From Octopus sinensis (taxonomy: Eukaryota): DNA of 64,000 nt. Under the pieces are notes generated by a model. It searched no databases and was not told the DNA's origin. It saw only the letters and a list, made by a program, of their open reading frames with translations. How positions within the stretch are numbered: the stretch's first letter is position 1; each line of letters opens with the position of its first letter. Positions 39,595-52,961 of this stretch are shown one piece after another. The translations under genes and the position numbers were made by a program. The DNA lies in assembly GCF_006345805.1 (NCBI RefSeq), contig NC_042997.1, positions 93,992,001 to 94,056,000 on the forward strand, read 5' to 3'.

Positions 39595-39915
39595 ACTCCG
39601 TCGCTTACGACAACGAGTGTTCCAGTAGATACGATTAACGGAGCAGCCTACTCGTGAAATTTAACCTGCAAGTGGCTGAGAATTCCATAGACACACGTAC
39701 TTTTAATGTAGTTCCCAGGGATATTCAACCTGACTTAGAATGTGACAAATCTGGCCGTTCGATATACAGGTACAACCCATTTTTGCCACCTGAGTGGAGC
39801 GGATTGGAAAAACCTGAAATATAGTGGCTTGCTCAAGGACAAAACGCGCCGCCAGGTATCGAACTGACCACCTTACGATCGTGAGCCAAATATCGTAACC
39901 ACTTAGCCACGTGTC
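39595..39915 (-). mobile_element. Cephalopod tRNA-derived SINE inserted in the left terminal repeat
   Basis: tRNA-like head GTGGCTAAGTGGTTACG...GTTCGATACC. The tail is homologous to 41035-41280 (+). Confidence 0.8.
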
Positions 39916-41034
39916 TTCATAGTAGCTAGTGATAATGTTACAATTTCATTTGTAAATGAATCAGGAGGCAGATAAATTTTAGATGAGGTAATCAGTTGTA
40001 GCTATTATTAGAAGCAGGAGAGGTAATTATCCACCTTTTTAAAGAGGAATTGATTATATCTAGTTTAAAACAATATATATTTATAAACTAAACTATTTGC
40101 ATTGTCCAAAATTGATTATATGTTCATACTCAGGCGCAGTTTGCATTTATCAATTAATGTAATCTCGTTATTTAATTGTTGTCGTGCACAAGTTGTTTCA
40201 TTATATTGCTATACAGGGGTAAATTTTGAAGTTCGGTTGGAGATTTCCTGCACATCTCTCTATGAATTCGCTTAATAGTATTTGTCTGTATCTTGGGAAA
40301 CGGATTTGTTCCTTAAGCAGTGTTAATTTCCGTTTGAGTGACCTTCTTGTTTGATCTATATAGTTGCATCCATATTCTGAGCAAATTAATTTTGAATCCT
40401 TTTCCTTGTTTAAAGTGAAGTTCCGAACCTTCTAAAGGGTCGGGATATGTTCCAGGGTTAGGTCGCTCGCATTTTTAACTCTTGGTTCCGTTGTTGTTGG
40501 GTACAATTTCGCACCTGTCAGTATCCTCTTTAGTGATTTTGATTTTATTTTTACTTTTGATGAATTTGTGAGTGCATAGAAATTGATTCGCCTTAGGGTT
40601 TCTAGAGAGCATAGATAAATTTTGAATAATAGTCTCATTCTTTGTAGGGTTGTGGGAAGAATTATAAGGTAGTATTTTTAAATCGGGTGCGTTATTTCGT
40701 TTTATTTCCCTTATTGTTTGGACATAACTTCTCTGCGCATGTTTTGTCACATCATCTATTAGTGAAGGTGGATAATGTCTCTCGACTAGTATGATCTTAA
40801 GTTCATGAAGTCGTAGGTCCTAGGTATTGGCAATAAACATTATTGTGCAAATCCTTTTCTCTGAATTGAAGGGGATATAATTTTGCTGTATTTGGGGCGG
40901 GATGAGTTAAATAGTAGGTATTGTTTCGAGCCTGTGTATTTATGTTAAATGTCGATTTCAATTTGGTCATTGACATTTTTTAATTAAAATATCGATAGAA
41001 GTTTCTCTTTGATGTATTCCATTGTAAATTGAGT

Positions 41035-41280
41035 GAAGGCACTGGCTTAGTGGATAAAGGTATTCGGCTTACGATCGTAAGATTGTCAGTTCGATTCCCA
41101 TCGGCGCGTTGTGTCATTGAGGACACTTTATTTCATGTTACTTCAGTCCACTCAGCTGGCAAAAATGTGTAGTAACTGTATTCAAATGGTATACGTTTCT
41201 ATGGAGTGCTCATTCACTTGAACGTTAATTTCACTAGCATGCTGCTCCGTTGATCGAATCGACTTAAACCCTCGTTAATT
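41035..41280 (+). mobile_element. tRNA-derived SINE inserted in the Penelope RT region
   Basis: GGCTTAGTGGATAAAGG...GTTCGATTCCC head, with the same tail as 39595-39915. Confidence 0.8.
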
Positions 41281-44200
41281 GAATGTTAATGTCACTGAGA
41301 AGTCTTTCAAATTCAAATATTTTATTAATACTTCCCTTCCAAAGGATATCTTTTCCAATTTTTTGTAGTGATACTTGATATATAATCAATTCTAAATACC
41401 CTATTACTAGCTTTGAAAGAACTGGAACCGCTTTTGTTCCCATCAACATTCCACATTTTGACGCTAGTAATAGGTATATAACAAAAATAATTGTTCTGGA
41501 GGATAAATTTTAATTATAAATCCCTTGTTTATGTTCCCTGGTAGTTCTGGATAGTTTTCCAACAGAATTTGATTGCTTTTATTTCACAGTCGTGTGAGAT
41601 ATGAGTACACAAGTTCACAATATCGAAAGACGCCATCTCTGTCTCTTTCCTTTTTGTTTTTGGTGGGTGGTTTAGCATATCTAGATCGTCTCTCATGAAG
41701 CTTTTGATATATTGCATAAGGGTTTTCAGTAGGATATCAAGAAAATTGCTTAAATGGCGGGTTTCACTTGATGGGTTCGCTAAGATGGACTTTATTTTTA
41801 TATCTCGTATTGATTGGACATTAATGTTTATGTCTGGTGATTCTTTGTTGGTTTCATCAATTATCTTACTCTTGGGAACTTTTGGTAAGCCGTAGAAAAG
41901 ACTATGTTTACATTTAAAATTTGTTGTATAGTCAATTTCTTTGTCTGTTAGACCATTTCTGTATAGTTGGAGTAACGATGAAAGACTTTTTATTATTTTC
42001 TGTTGTTTATAGTTTTCTTGCTCGGATAATACTAGCTCTCTGTCATATCTTGTGTCCAACAACACTAAAGCCCTTCCTTTATTGGCCTCTTTAATTGTCA
42101 ATTATTTATTATTTTGCAATTCAATTAAGTTCTTCCATTCATTAGTGGTGAAGGTCTGAGTTAAATCTTTGTGTAAGGTATTACAAGGGAAGTTCAGAAT
42201 GTGGTCACAAAAGTCATCGAGTCTTTTATTCCCAACTTTAGGTGGAAGAAATTGCTTTTGTTTTTAACAGGTGAATCATCATCGTTATTATAATTAAGTA
42301 GTACTTCTGTAAATCGCATTTTCCCGAAGATTTCGTAATATTGATTTTGATTTCATTCTGATTTGATCTGCGTGAGTTTTGGGGAAAATTTTAATCCTTT
42401 TGTTAGTTTGCTGATTTTTGTTAATGAAAAAGTTTTCTTTGATAAATATGTTATTTTTCCTGTATATTTTTTTCTCGACGTGTGTTCCTGATTCTCTGGA
42501 CTAGATTTAAACACGTTTGTAGTAATTACGTTAATTTGGATTGTCAGTGTTACTAATTATATTTGAATTTCTTGAAGATAGGCTTCGCTGTTTCATCATG
42601 TTAGGTGTATTTAGGTATTTCGAGTTCCTTTGTGGCGTGTTTCTCATTGCAGGAAGAAAATTGATACAGGGATTCCTTCTAGTTTTTCTAACTTGTGAAT
42701 TGTCACTATTTCCGGTTTGAGAACGACTTACTTCCAAGCGTGAGATGAGTTTTGTGTAGTTGGGGTCTTTTAAATGTCTATAGCTTGATCTAATTGGATG
42801 TTTACTCATTTCTGTATTGGTCTTCTTTCTAATTTTCTTCAAACAAGTGTTATCTGTAGTACCGTTTTGAACTAGATTTCATAATTATGGAAAAGATTTT
42901 TTATCCCAACGTTGAAGAGAACTTATTCCTTCAGATTCACATGTTTCTTTCTATAGTTTGAGAACACTTTCCAAGAGATGTCTGTCAGCATATTTGCATT
43001 CATTCATCAATGATTTTATATTTTTGTTCGTTGCTCGATGCTCTTAGTTTAAGTAATTCAATTTCTATTTTCATTCTCTCCAACGCTAATTTCTCCCTTA
43101 GTTGTCTTTGTTGTTCAGGTTATTCTGGAATTGGTTTTATCTGTAGTTGCAATGCTAGAGTTCATCCATCGTCCATATATTTCTTCCTTGTTATTTTTAA
43201 GTATGTTCCAATATTCGAATTTTCTATCATTTAATTTTTTTGTTCCATATATGTTTATTTCTGCTTTTTAATTACATATGCTGATGTTGGGGTATTTTCC
43301 TTGTATTACGTTTTTTTTCAAATTTCTTTGCATAAATTGAGTGTATGGTTGTGCATAATCGATTCAAATTTTGACTAATCTGTTCCGTAGAGTGTCTTCT
43401 TTTTTCACTTTCCTTTGCTTCTCGGGTACAGCGATTTAATTAATCGATTTTATTAATTAGTGTGGTTTGATTTGGGCTAATTACTTTTAATTTCTTCAGA
43501 ATACCTTCGTTAGTAATTTTATCCAATGTTGTGATGTCGGTGGCATTTTCAATCCCTCGTGTTGTATATAGTAGTGCAAAGGCTCGATACTAAATTCTAC
43601 GTAGTGATTCTACTTTAAACAAAGACAAGGATTCAAAATTAAACTGAGTTTACCTGATTGATTGATTGATTCTAGTTTCAGCTTATGAGCTGTGGCCATG
43701 CTGGGGCACCATTTGACATCTTAATTGGGCCAACATTTGTTCTGAATGTGGATGCAAAGTATATGGTTCACACAAGTCAGTGTTATTTTCTCAAACGAAA
43801 ATAACACTGCATAAGGGACAAATCCGTTGTCCAAGGTATAGGCAAATACCATTAAGTGAACACATAGAGACGTGCAGAGAATCTCCAACCAAACTTCAAA
43901 TTTTGCCTATATACAAATGCGATTAAACAAGTTCTGTACAATGATGGTTAAATAAAGAGACTACATTTATTGAAAGATACAAACTACGCCTCAATATGAA
44001 CATATAACCAATTTTGACTACGTATATATTTCTGTTCATTAATATATAACTTTTAAATTTAAATATAGTGAATATATCTTCAAAAGGTGCGAAATTACCT
44101 CCCCTTCTTCGAATGCTAACGATCACTACCTGTTCCCCGATTCATTTACAAATGAATCATTTACTAAGATGGGATGAAGACTCATTATGATAGTGATAAT

Positions 44201-44340
44201 GTCACAATTTCATGCTAACTACTTAGTCATGATAAGCATAAAGGAAACCAGCTGACTGTGTAAATGTTCTATTTCATAAATATTACATATATTTTTGGCT
44301 AACATAAAATTTCTGTGCACTACCCTTTCTTTCATATTTA

Positions 44341-44475
<135 letters not shown>

Positions 44476-45169
44476 ATCCATATATGTAAATAAATGTATG
44501 TGTGTGGGTGTGTGAGTGTTTATGTATGGATATATAGACACTGAGATATCCTGCACTGATCCTGTGCACTGAATTTTACTCACGTGGTATTAGTCCCTCA
44601 GAAGTTACACATGAAGATACTTGCTCTCAGTGTCACGTCGTGAGGTCAGAGCCGGAACTATGCGATTGCGATGTGTAGATACCATTGAAACACGAAAATT
44701 GAATTAATCAACAGCGCTTCCCACCATAGAAAACTTTTGTTTTATGTCAATGCATAAAAGCAAAGAATATAACGGGCGGTTAGCTACACATTGAAACAAT
44801 GCATTTGAATTAATATTTGTTACAGTTATTATGAGAGTCTTTTCTTCTGAAGCGATGAGCTGGCAGAATCGTCAGGGCATTGGTCAAAAGGCTGTGTGTT
44901 TCCTGGCTCTTTGCGTTCTTAGTTCTAATCCCACCGTGATTATCGTTGTCTTTCATCCTTCCGTCAGTAAAGGAATAAAGTAACCAATCATTTACTGGGT
45001 TACATGGAATCGATTAACATCGACTCGCTGGCTTTGTGGCTAAATTAGATAGAACTGTAAGTGAATCTTTGCTAATCGGTTGAATGGTTCTTCATTTGAA
45101 TATAATAATTTTGTGTATATGTAGCAACAAAAGCATTACAAATATCTGAACAGTTAACGGCTCTGCATT

Positions 45170-45433
45170 GGAGGCGCGTAGCTTAGTGGTTAGGGTGTTA
45201 GACTCACGATGGCAAAATTGTAGTTTCGAGTCCTTGACGGAGTAATATGTTGTGTTCTTCAGTAAAACACTTCATTTTAGGTTGCTCCAGTCCATTCAGC
45301 TGGCAAAAATGAGTAATCCCGCGACGATCCGGTTTCTCGCCCACGGGGATATATTTACACCATAGAAATCAGCAAACCGATCTTATGAATCTATACGAGT
45401 CTATATGACTAATGATGAAGCTTTATCTCTTTT
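45170..45433 (+). mobile_element. tRNA-derived CORE-type SINE
   Basis: GGAGGCGCGTAGCTTAGTGGTTAGGG head. Approximate TSD TAA(C/T)GGCTCTGC at 45155 and 45434. Confidence 0.8.
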
Positions 45434-46900
45434 TAATGGCTCTGCCACTCTTGACGATGGATTTGCGATCTATTGGACCGTCGGCTCAGAGAATTAGTAT
45501 CTGGTTGAGTATTCTACAGATAGATGTACTCTAAATCTGTGACAATAACGTACCTTTACATTACAGGCACTCTTTGCAACGAGGTTTCTGCAAAGCTTTC
45601 TTCTACTCAGTTGCAGTTATAAGGCCCTGAGTTGTTCCGAGGCTCTGATAAAGAACGTTTGTTCAAGATGCCACGTTGTAGGATCGAACCAGGAATCTAG
45701 TGATTCCTTGATCGGAATACAATATGACTCTACTTTACCGTAAATGTATCTATAATATGATATATTCTGAATCTGATGAATAGCGTCGAGGAATGTTAGT
45801 ACACTCAGAAGTTACCTCGTCGAAGTTCCGTGTGAAATAAGGTTTTGTAAATTTAATCTTAACAGGAGCATATGTATAGAAAAATGTGAAATATAGCAAA
45901 TGATGAGAAATAGGGGCTCAATTGTTTAAAGCTGTGTATTTTTAAAAATCTAATATAAAACAGAGAATATGAGACGAATTATTACAATAATAGCTTAATA
46001 TAATTATATTGCTCATCTGTAGATCTATCTTACTAGATGGACAATAAAATTTTAATCTTGAATCATAATCAAGTACAAATCTATAAACGTTTACGTATGT
46101 AGGAGTTATTAATAATTTGTATTAATTTAGATTAGCAAGCATTAAATTCTGACATTCCAACTACCTAAATCTAGTCGTCCTAAACGAAGCATAATTGTCG
46201 AACAGTGATAAATAATTTGCAGTATGTGAAACTCTAGAATATTAGTTTCTTCTACTTAAAATGTTGCTCGCAATATTATTTCTCTCAGACCTCCATAAAT
46301 ACTTTATCCGATAAGTCAACTAATAACTCAAATATAAAAGGTGGATGAGAATTTTTCTAATCTTATCAGCAATTATTGCTGAAATATTTGCTTATAGGAT
46401 ATAGTATTTGAAGGTTATACAATACAAGGTAATAAGATAAGAAGTAATCGGACAAACAAAGCATGTCTGTAGGTACTGAATGAGTTTTAGTTAATTAAAA
46501 TATAGTAGTTAAGCAATTTAAACACAACAATCGATAGAAGAGTGAAAAATAGGCAATATACTTTGCAAACAAACTTCCAGAGATACGATTTTTTTTCCTT
46601 TTATCAACGCTGATTCAAATAAGAAATCAGTCTTCCGATGGTTTTATGGGAATCGATTCCATATCATTATTGAGTCATTATTTTACCTTATAAGGAACTG
46701 AGTTTAATCTAAAGCAAATAGAAAGGAAGATTATCATGAAAGCAAACAATGAAGAACTACGCAATCACAAATTGCGTAAAACGAAGAGAAACGGAAGAAA
46801 TCAATATATTTGTTCTCATTCAGTTTACATAAAGTGGAAGATAATTAAAAAAAAAATGGAAAAGGGATTGAAGTAAGATAGTCATAACTACGTAATTGGA

Positions 46901-47290
46901 ATTCATGTTTCGAAACATGGAGAAAAATACAGGAAGAATATGAGAAGTAATAAATAAGCAGATTATTGATGTTTACCTTTTTTTTATTCTTTCACTAATT
47001 TACTAATTGTAGCAAATAAGACGTGGCCATCCTGGGGCACAATCATCATGCTGCTTCTGACTTCTTTCTGTAACGAATGAAGGAAACTCATGTTTCGAAA
47101 ATGAAAAAAAAACCAAAAAAAAAACCAAAACACGAACAATATGAGAAGTAATAAATAAATTATTAATGTTTTTATTCTTTTTTCTTTTACTAATTTACTA
47201 ATTGTAGCAAATAAGTAGTGGTATTTCGGGGGCACAATCATCGTGCTGTTACTGACTTTTTTCTGTCGCTTGTTCTTAACCAATGAAGGA
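46901..47290 (+). repeat. Direct tandem duplication with a ~185-bp unit
   Basis: TCATGTTTCGAAA...AATATGAGAAGTAATAAATA...CTAATTGTAGCAAATAAG...GGGGCACAATCATC occurs twice. Confidence 0.85.
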
Positions 47291-47527
47291 ATTTGATACT
47301 ACTACCCTCATAAATACTTCCTTGCTTTACTATTCAGATGACTCTCTTGCCTTACCGTAGGCGCATCTAGGATCTTAATACACGTAAATAACTTGCTTTT
47401 GGAAGAATATTGAAAAGATTTGGTTCTTGGCTACGGCAGTAAATAGTCCTAAGTGTTGAAAGAGAGCTTTGACACTACACAGTAGCAGCAAATACGGGAA
47501 TTTTCATAATTAGCAATACCAAAGCTT

Positions 47528-47791
47528 CTGGGGTGCGTAGCTTAGTGGTTAGGTTGTTGGGCTCATGATCGTAAGATAGTGGTTCCGATTTGTGGATTGG
47601 GCGACGTGTTGTGTTCTTGAGCAAAACATTTCATTTCGCGTTGATCCAGTCCACTCAACGGGCAAAAATGAGTAATCCTGCGACGGACCGGCGTCCCATC
47701 CAGGTAGGGAATACATACGATATGGAAACTGGGAAACCGGCCCTTATGAGTCGGCATAACTCGAGAAGGTAACCCTAACCCTAACCTTTAC
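47528..47791 (+). mobile_element. tRNA-derived CORE-type SINE with 14-bp TSD
   Basis: TSD CAATACCAAAGCTT at 47514-47527 and 47792-47805. The tail reads TAACCCTAACCCTAACC. Confidence 0.88.
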
Positions 47792-48029
47792 CAATACCAA
47801 AGCTTTGTACTTATCTTTCATGATTTTTCATCTGAGTACGAGCGTGCACACACACATACACACACATGCATATTTATGTATACAAACACCTCTTATATTG
47901 GATAGTCTACATACTCATCAAAAGTGTTCTCTCACTCCGGTACCACAAAGTCAAAGTAAAGGCAAGGTTAGCATGTTTAAGAGAGACATAATCCCTAGGA
48001 GAAAGTAGGGATTACGAAGGTAGTCAGCA

Positions 48030-48129
48030 NNNNNNNNNNNNNNNNNNNNNNNNNNNNNNNNNNNNNNNNNNNNNNNNNNNNNNNNNNNNNNNNNNNNNNN
48101 NNNNNNNNNNNNNNNNNNNNNNNNNNNNN
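48030..48129. other. Assembly gap (100 N)
   Basis: Exactly 100 N, a typical placeholder of unknown size. The sequences on the two sides may not be contiguous. Confidence 1.
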
Positions 48130-48148
48130 ATATATAATATATATATAT

Positions 48149-48196
<48 letters not shown>

Positions 48197-48198
48197 AT

Positions 48199-48400
48199 CA
48201 GGTCATTCCATAATTTCTGTCCGAATCTTGAATAAAAGAAAACAAGTGATCAAATGTTATATCATAGAAAAAGTGGACAACACAGGACGTTACAAGCAAA
48301 AAGTACCTTTATGAGTTCATGTTAGAATTATTTTTCTAAATTTGATGATTTTTAAGTTAAAAATTTAACACATTTTACAAATTTACATTTATATTTTAAA
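48199..48400 (+). mobile_element. Probable Tc1/mariner terminus
   Basis: TA-flanked CAGGTCATTCCATAATTTCTGTCCG resembles Tc1/mariner TIR starts. The partner TIR is not seen. Confidence 0.45.
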
Positions 48401-48459
48401 AATGCCGAGTTTTACAGCTTTTACACTTGGTCACGGAGCCCAACGACTACAACATGCTT

Positions 48460-50100
48460 TTTTTTTTTTACCAAGAATGAGATTAAGTAGGATCATTCAC
48501 ACCCAACTTCCTTGCTACATCCTTGGCAGTACAATCTTGATCATGAACTCAGCGGATAGCTGTACCCTTCCTACATGCGACAACACGTGTTCTACGTAAA
48601 TTATCAAGCCCGAAAGCTCCGGGCATTGTGCAAGAGCGTGCAGAAAGGTTTCACCGTCCTGCCCGCACCTTGGGCATGCCGGTGGCACAGACATTCCATG
48701 TCTAGACAATTTGTCGCGAACAGGTAACGCGCTCCTATAGCACTGCCAGGTCAGGGATTTCTGGTAGTTATCCAAGCACACCGGCCTGAAATTTCTGTAA
48801 AACTGGTTGGCTAGCTGGCTCTCATCGAGCCCCAGAGTTTCTCTTAGGACTTTATCGCTCTTAAACTCTACCAGCCCTCTATAAAATACCGAGGTGGATT
48901 AGCACGAGTGCCTGTCGGCACTCGTTTTGCCATTCAGTCGTGTTACGAAAGAGAAGTCGTGCCAACTTGCCTAGCCACGAATCAGAGCAAGGGACAACGG
49001 TCAGACGCTAGGTGATAATAGATGCAATAAACGCCCTCATCTCTTCCGCCTTCCCTTTCAGGAATAGTGCCCTTTCAGACCAGGTCCGGATTAGGGCCTC
49101 CACCCTGTCTGCCACCTCACTCCAATTCTTCTCCGTCTGGGAATCTGCTCGGAAGCAGACTCCAAGCAACTTAACAGGACCATCCGTCCAGTGCCTCACG
49201 ACACTGGACGTTATCGTCTTGCCACTGCAGCTGCCGAGCTACACGCCGATAGACTTGTCATTGTTAATTTTTGCCCCTGCCACAACCTCGTATCCTTTGA
49301 TTGCATCCTTTACTCAAGGTTGCTGAGATTAATCGGACACAGTGATGGTGACATCATCCGCATATGCAGAAACAGACGTACCACATCCGATTCCATTGGG
49401 GATGCCACCCAAACTCGCCAACCTCCGCAGCAATGGCTCAAGAACCAGTACATACAGAAGCGGAGATAGCGGGCACCCTTGACGAACCAAGCGCTTGATC
49501 CCAAGCGGCACCGTTTATCTGGACTGTGTATTTGATGCCGCGATAAATGGCAGTGATCCAACCACGGAAGTCCGGACCTAGCCCAGCCGCATCGAAGACC
49601 GCCGCCAGGTACTGCTGGTCTACCCTATCAAAAGCTTTACTTTGGTCTAAATAGACCAGTGCCCCATCTTCACCGGATAATTTACCAACACTGTCAAAGG
49701 TGTAGCGCAAGAGATGGAGATTGTCCTGAATTGACCTGGCTTCGTGTTTGGCTTGGAGAGGACGGAAAAAACCGCTTTCGTCACCATCACTCTGGATGCA
49801 GAGCCACATTCTATGGCCTCATTTAACTCCTTAATTAGGCTCCCTTCTATTCTAGTCTTCTCTAGACTTAGCTGTTTATTAAATCTAATAGACTCAGAGC
49901 GAATGGCTCGCTTGAGGGTACACCACCACCTATTATTAATGATGGCGCCGGTTAATGCCTTCTGCACTAACTCCTTAACCCGGGCACGGGAGGTTTTACA
50001 AACCAAAATAAACTTGTTCATCTTCTAGTACCATGGTCCCTTCCTATGACGCTTATCTAGGTACACCTCACACATCACAAACTTGTGATCCGTGTAAGGG
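48460..50100 (-). mobile_element. L1-clade Tx1-like LINE ORF2, internally deleted
   Basis: APE end (TDHKFV), RSIQDNLHL, LDQSKAFDRVD, VRQGCPLSPLLYVL, YADDVT, KLLGV and C-terminal CPRCG..ET..H...C. Large segments between these motifs are missing. Confidence 0.92.
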
Positions 50101-50111
50101 ACACAACAAAC

Positions 50112-50264
50112 GTAAGGAGGAGTAAGTCAATTTCATCAACCCTTCTACTTAATTGGTACTTATTTTATCGACCACGGCGAAATTTGAACTCAGGCCCTAA
50201 GGACGGACAGAATGTTGCTAAGCATTTTGCACGGCGCTCTAACGATTCTGCCAGCTCGCTGCCT
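50112..50264 (-). mobile_element. OK-like SINE with internal deletion
   Basis: Family head ...AACGATTCTGCCAGCTCG and TTTGAACTCAG. Confidence 0.8.
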
Positions 50265-51204
50265 AAAACTCACTTTTTAATGTAATGAAACAAGTTTGAG
50301 TGTTGTACTTTGGATAACTTTAAGTATGGGACAAACTTGACCACATAATCGATATCTTTAATAATGAAACAATATTATGGAGATCTATAAATTTATGATT
50401 AATAATAGAAATGAGAATATTTGTAAAACCATGGAAATTCCACGGGAGTTGGTAATAAAGATAATATTATTGATAGAATGGAAATAAAAAGACGAAGGAG
50501 GAGGAGAAAAATAAAAAGAAGAAAGTAGTGAGGAAGAAGGAAAACAACAATACGAGGAAAATGGAAATGCAGAACAGAAACGAAAAAGAAAAGGAGTTAA
50601 AAGTAGAAAGAAGGCGGATAATATGAAGAAAAATTTGATAGAGAGTAAAGAAAAACAGAGGTGCAGAAGAAGAATAGAAAGTAGTAGGACTACTCCTACT
50701 ACTTTAGTAGTAGAAGAAGAAGAAGAAGAAGAAGGAAGAGGAGAAGGAGAAGGAGAAGAAATTTATTGTAGGAGATTTCGTTAAAAAATGTCCGTGCTTG
50801 TAAATAGGATCACTAATCAAGTGAATGGATTCGTTTGAAATAGATTAATGACCTCCAGGCCCTGCATTACCCAGTGTATGTTAAAATGATATTCTATGAA
50901 ATGTATGAATATGTTGTGTGTCTAAGTGAAAGTATCAGTTGCTTAATTTCAACGCTGATTCTCAACATTTATTGGCAATAGAAACTACAAGAAAAGAATG
51001 ATCAAATGTTTGAAAGAAAATTGCAAAATGAAGAAAACGAAAACCGAAAAATAATAAGATTAATGGTAGCTTGAAAGTATCATCTTTATTGTAAGTTTAA
51101 AGCTATTTTTTTTTATTACGTGGGTTGTCGAATTTGTATATCCCTTCAATTTCTTGTGTGTTCAAATTCCACTGTTTTTTCTTTTCTTATACTTTCTGGT
51201 CAAT

Positions 51205-51395
51205 GCAAGGCGACCTTGCGGAATCGTTAGCACATAGGCCAAAATGCCTGGTGGTATTTCTTCTGGCTTTTTACGTTCTGAGTGTAAACTGCATTGGGCT
51301 CGACTTTTCCTTTCATTTTTACAGGGTCGATAAAATAAGTACCAGTTCAGCACCAGGGTTGATGTAAGCGACTAGTCACCTTACCACAAATCCCA
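51205..51395 (+). mobile_element. Degenerate OK-like SINE
   Basis: GAATCGTTAGCAC...CGACTTTTCCTTTCAT...GGGTCGATAAAATAAGTACCAG. Confidence 0.8.
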
Positions 51396-51797
51396 CTTCT
51401 GTTTCAGTCATTGGACTATGGCTATGCTGGAGCATCGCCTTGAATTAGCTTATTTGAAAGAGTTTAACCGAATTCTCTTTTTAAAGCCCTGTACTTATTT
51501 TATCCGTCTTTTGGCCGAACTGCTAAGTTACAACCAGTACCGGTTGTCAAGCAGTAGGAATACAAATACAAAGACACACACACAAAGATATATGCACACA
51601 CACACACACACACGCACATAAGTATGAATTTACGAATTCATGTATATATATGACGGACTTCTTTCAGTCTTCGTGTAGCTTATGGTCGGTTCGGGGCTAT
51701 AGCAGAAGACACTTGCCCAAGATGCCACGCAATAAAACTGAATCCGGAACCATATGGTCGGGGAGAAACTTCGTGCCTCACAGCCACATCTGCGCCT
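51396..51797 (-). mobile_element. CORE-type SINE with internal microsatellite
   Basis: Homologous to 32843-33255. Confidence 0.8.
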
Positions 51798-51920
51798 TTA
51801 GTAAAAAGAAATATATGTACCAGTAATATGGAAAGGGCCTATTTCCGATTACAGAAGTGGCCTTGTTACAATTAAAAAAATCTTTTTGAATTTGTTTTCA
51901 ATAAGGGTAAAATGATAAAG

Positions 51921-52205
51921 ATCCCCTTCAGTCATTCATGACCATGGGATTGCGTCTAGAAAATTACTCTACGAGGCACAAGTCCAGGCATACCAGCCTC
52001 CCCTCTCCATGCCACCAATGTTATCCAAGGGAAAGGCAGATACAGCTTGGCACCAGTGACGTCGCAACTCATTACTACACCTGAGCGAATTGGAGCTACA
52101 TGAAATAAAGCGTCTTGTTCAAGAACTCAGACCGGTCCGGGAATCGAACTCATTACCTCATGATTGTGAGTCCGACGCTCTAACCACTGAGCCATGCGCC
52201 TTCAC
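51921..52205 (-). mobile_element. tRNA-derived SINE (OR-type)
   Basis: Reverse complement of the 1886-2245 family. Confidence 0.85.
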
Positions 52206-52628
52206 TAAATAATAAATAATATAAACAGCGCAAATTATCTCAATCAAGTCTGTGTTCTATATGTGAATGAAGTGTGCAATATTGATAAACAATTAAGCAG
52301 GAAAGTTGGTATGTGGTTCTCTAGCTGGAAGTAATACATAAGAAATGAAAGTAAACCTTTCTTCCTTTTGATATTTAATTCAGTTTGCAACGCTTAATTC
52401 AATTATTCTGTTAAATGCTCGGCTTATAATCTAAGATTAGTAAAGGTAGAGCTATTAAATATGAGTCGGTTCGTGATCTGGGATAAACATTTCTCGTGTA
52501 GGTAGAGCTTTCAAAAAGATGGGTTCCGTGAGAAAAGAATATATGCAGTGGCAGCAGTAGTAGTAGTATAATAGTATCATCATCATCATCATCATCATCA
52601 TCACCATCACCACCACCACCACCACACC

Positions 52629-52674
<46 letters not shown>

Positions 52675-52961
52675 GTAGTAGTAATCTACTAAATGGATCA
52701 TCGCAGATTATCTTTTCATAATATATTATGTAGAGTGAAGAGGTCCTTCAAAGGATTTTTCGTTAAAGATGGTAGATTGACAGAATCCTTCGAGCGATAA
52801 AATAAATATCAGTCATGTAGTGGAGTTAGTTTAATCGATTAATCCTTCCCTCCAAATTTTTACTTTGCGTTTTTTTTTTCTTCAGAATTGATTAGTTGAT
52901 TAGTTAGGAGGAATCGGTGCATTAGCAGAATTGTTCGAGCATTGGTCAAAATACCTTGCTC

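Larger units (their letters stand above)
39515..44280 (-). mobile_element. Near full-length decayed Penelope-like retroelement with inverted terminal repeats
   Basis: RT motifs IKEANKGRALVLLD, FYGLPKV.KSK, SFDIVNLCTHI and MGTK.VP..SKLVIGYLE, and GIY-YIG CSEYGCNYIDQT...QIRFPRYRQI.LSE. 39515-40425 (-) is repeated as 43610-44280 (+). Confidence 0.9.

Noticed and set aside
45767-45840. Perfect CTGATGA followed by a CGAGG/CCTCG stem
   Set aside because: Stems I and III and the NUH site cannot be formed.
47989-48014. 9-bp hairpin TAATCCCTA/TAGGGATTA next to the gap, and an 11-bp inverted repeat at 18837-18894
   Set aside because: Short inverted repeats of this size are expected by chance in AT-rich DNA, and the context is cut off by the gap.
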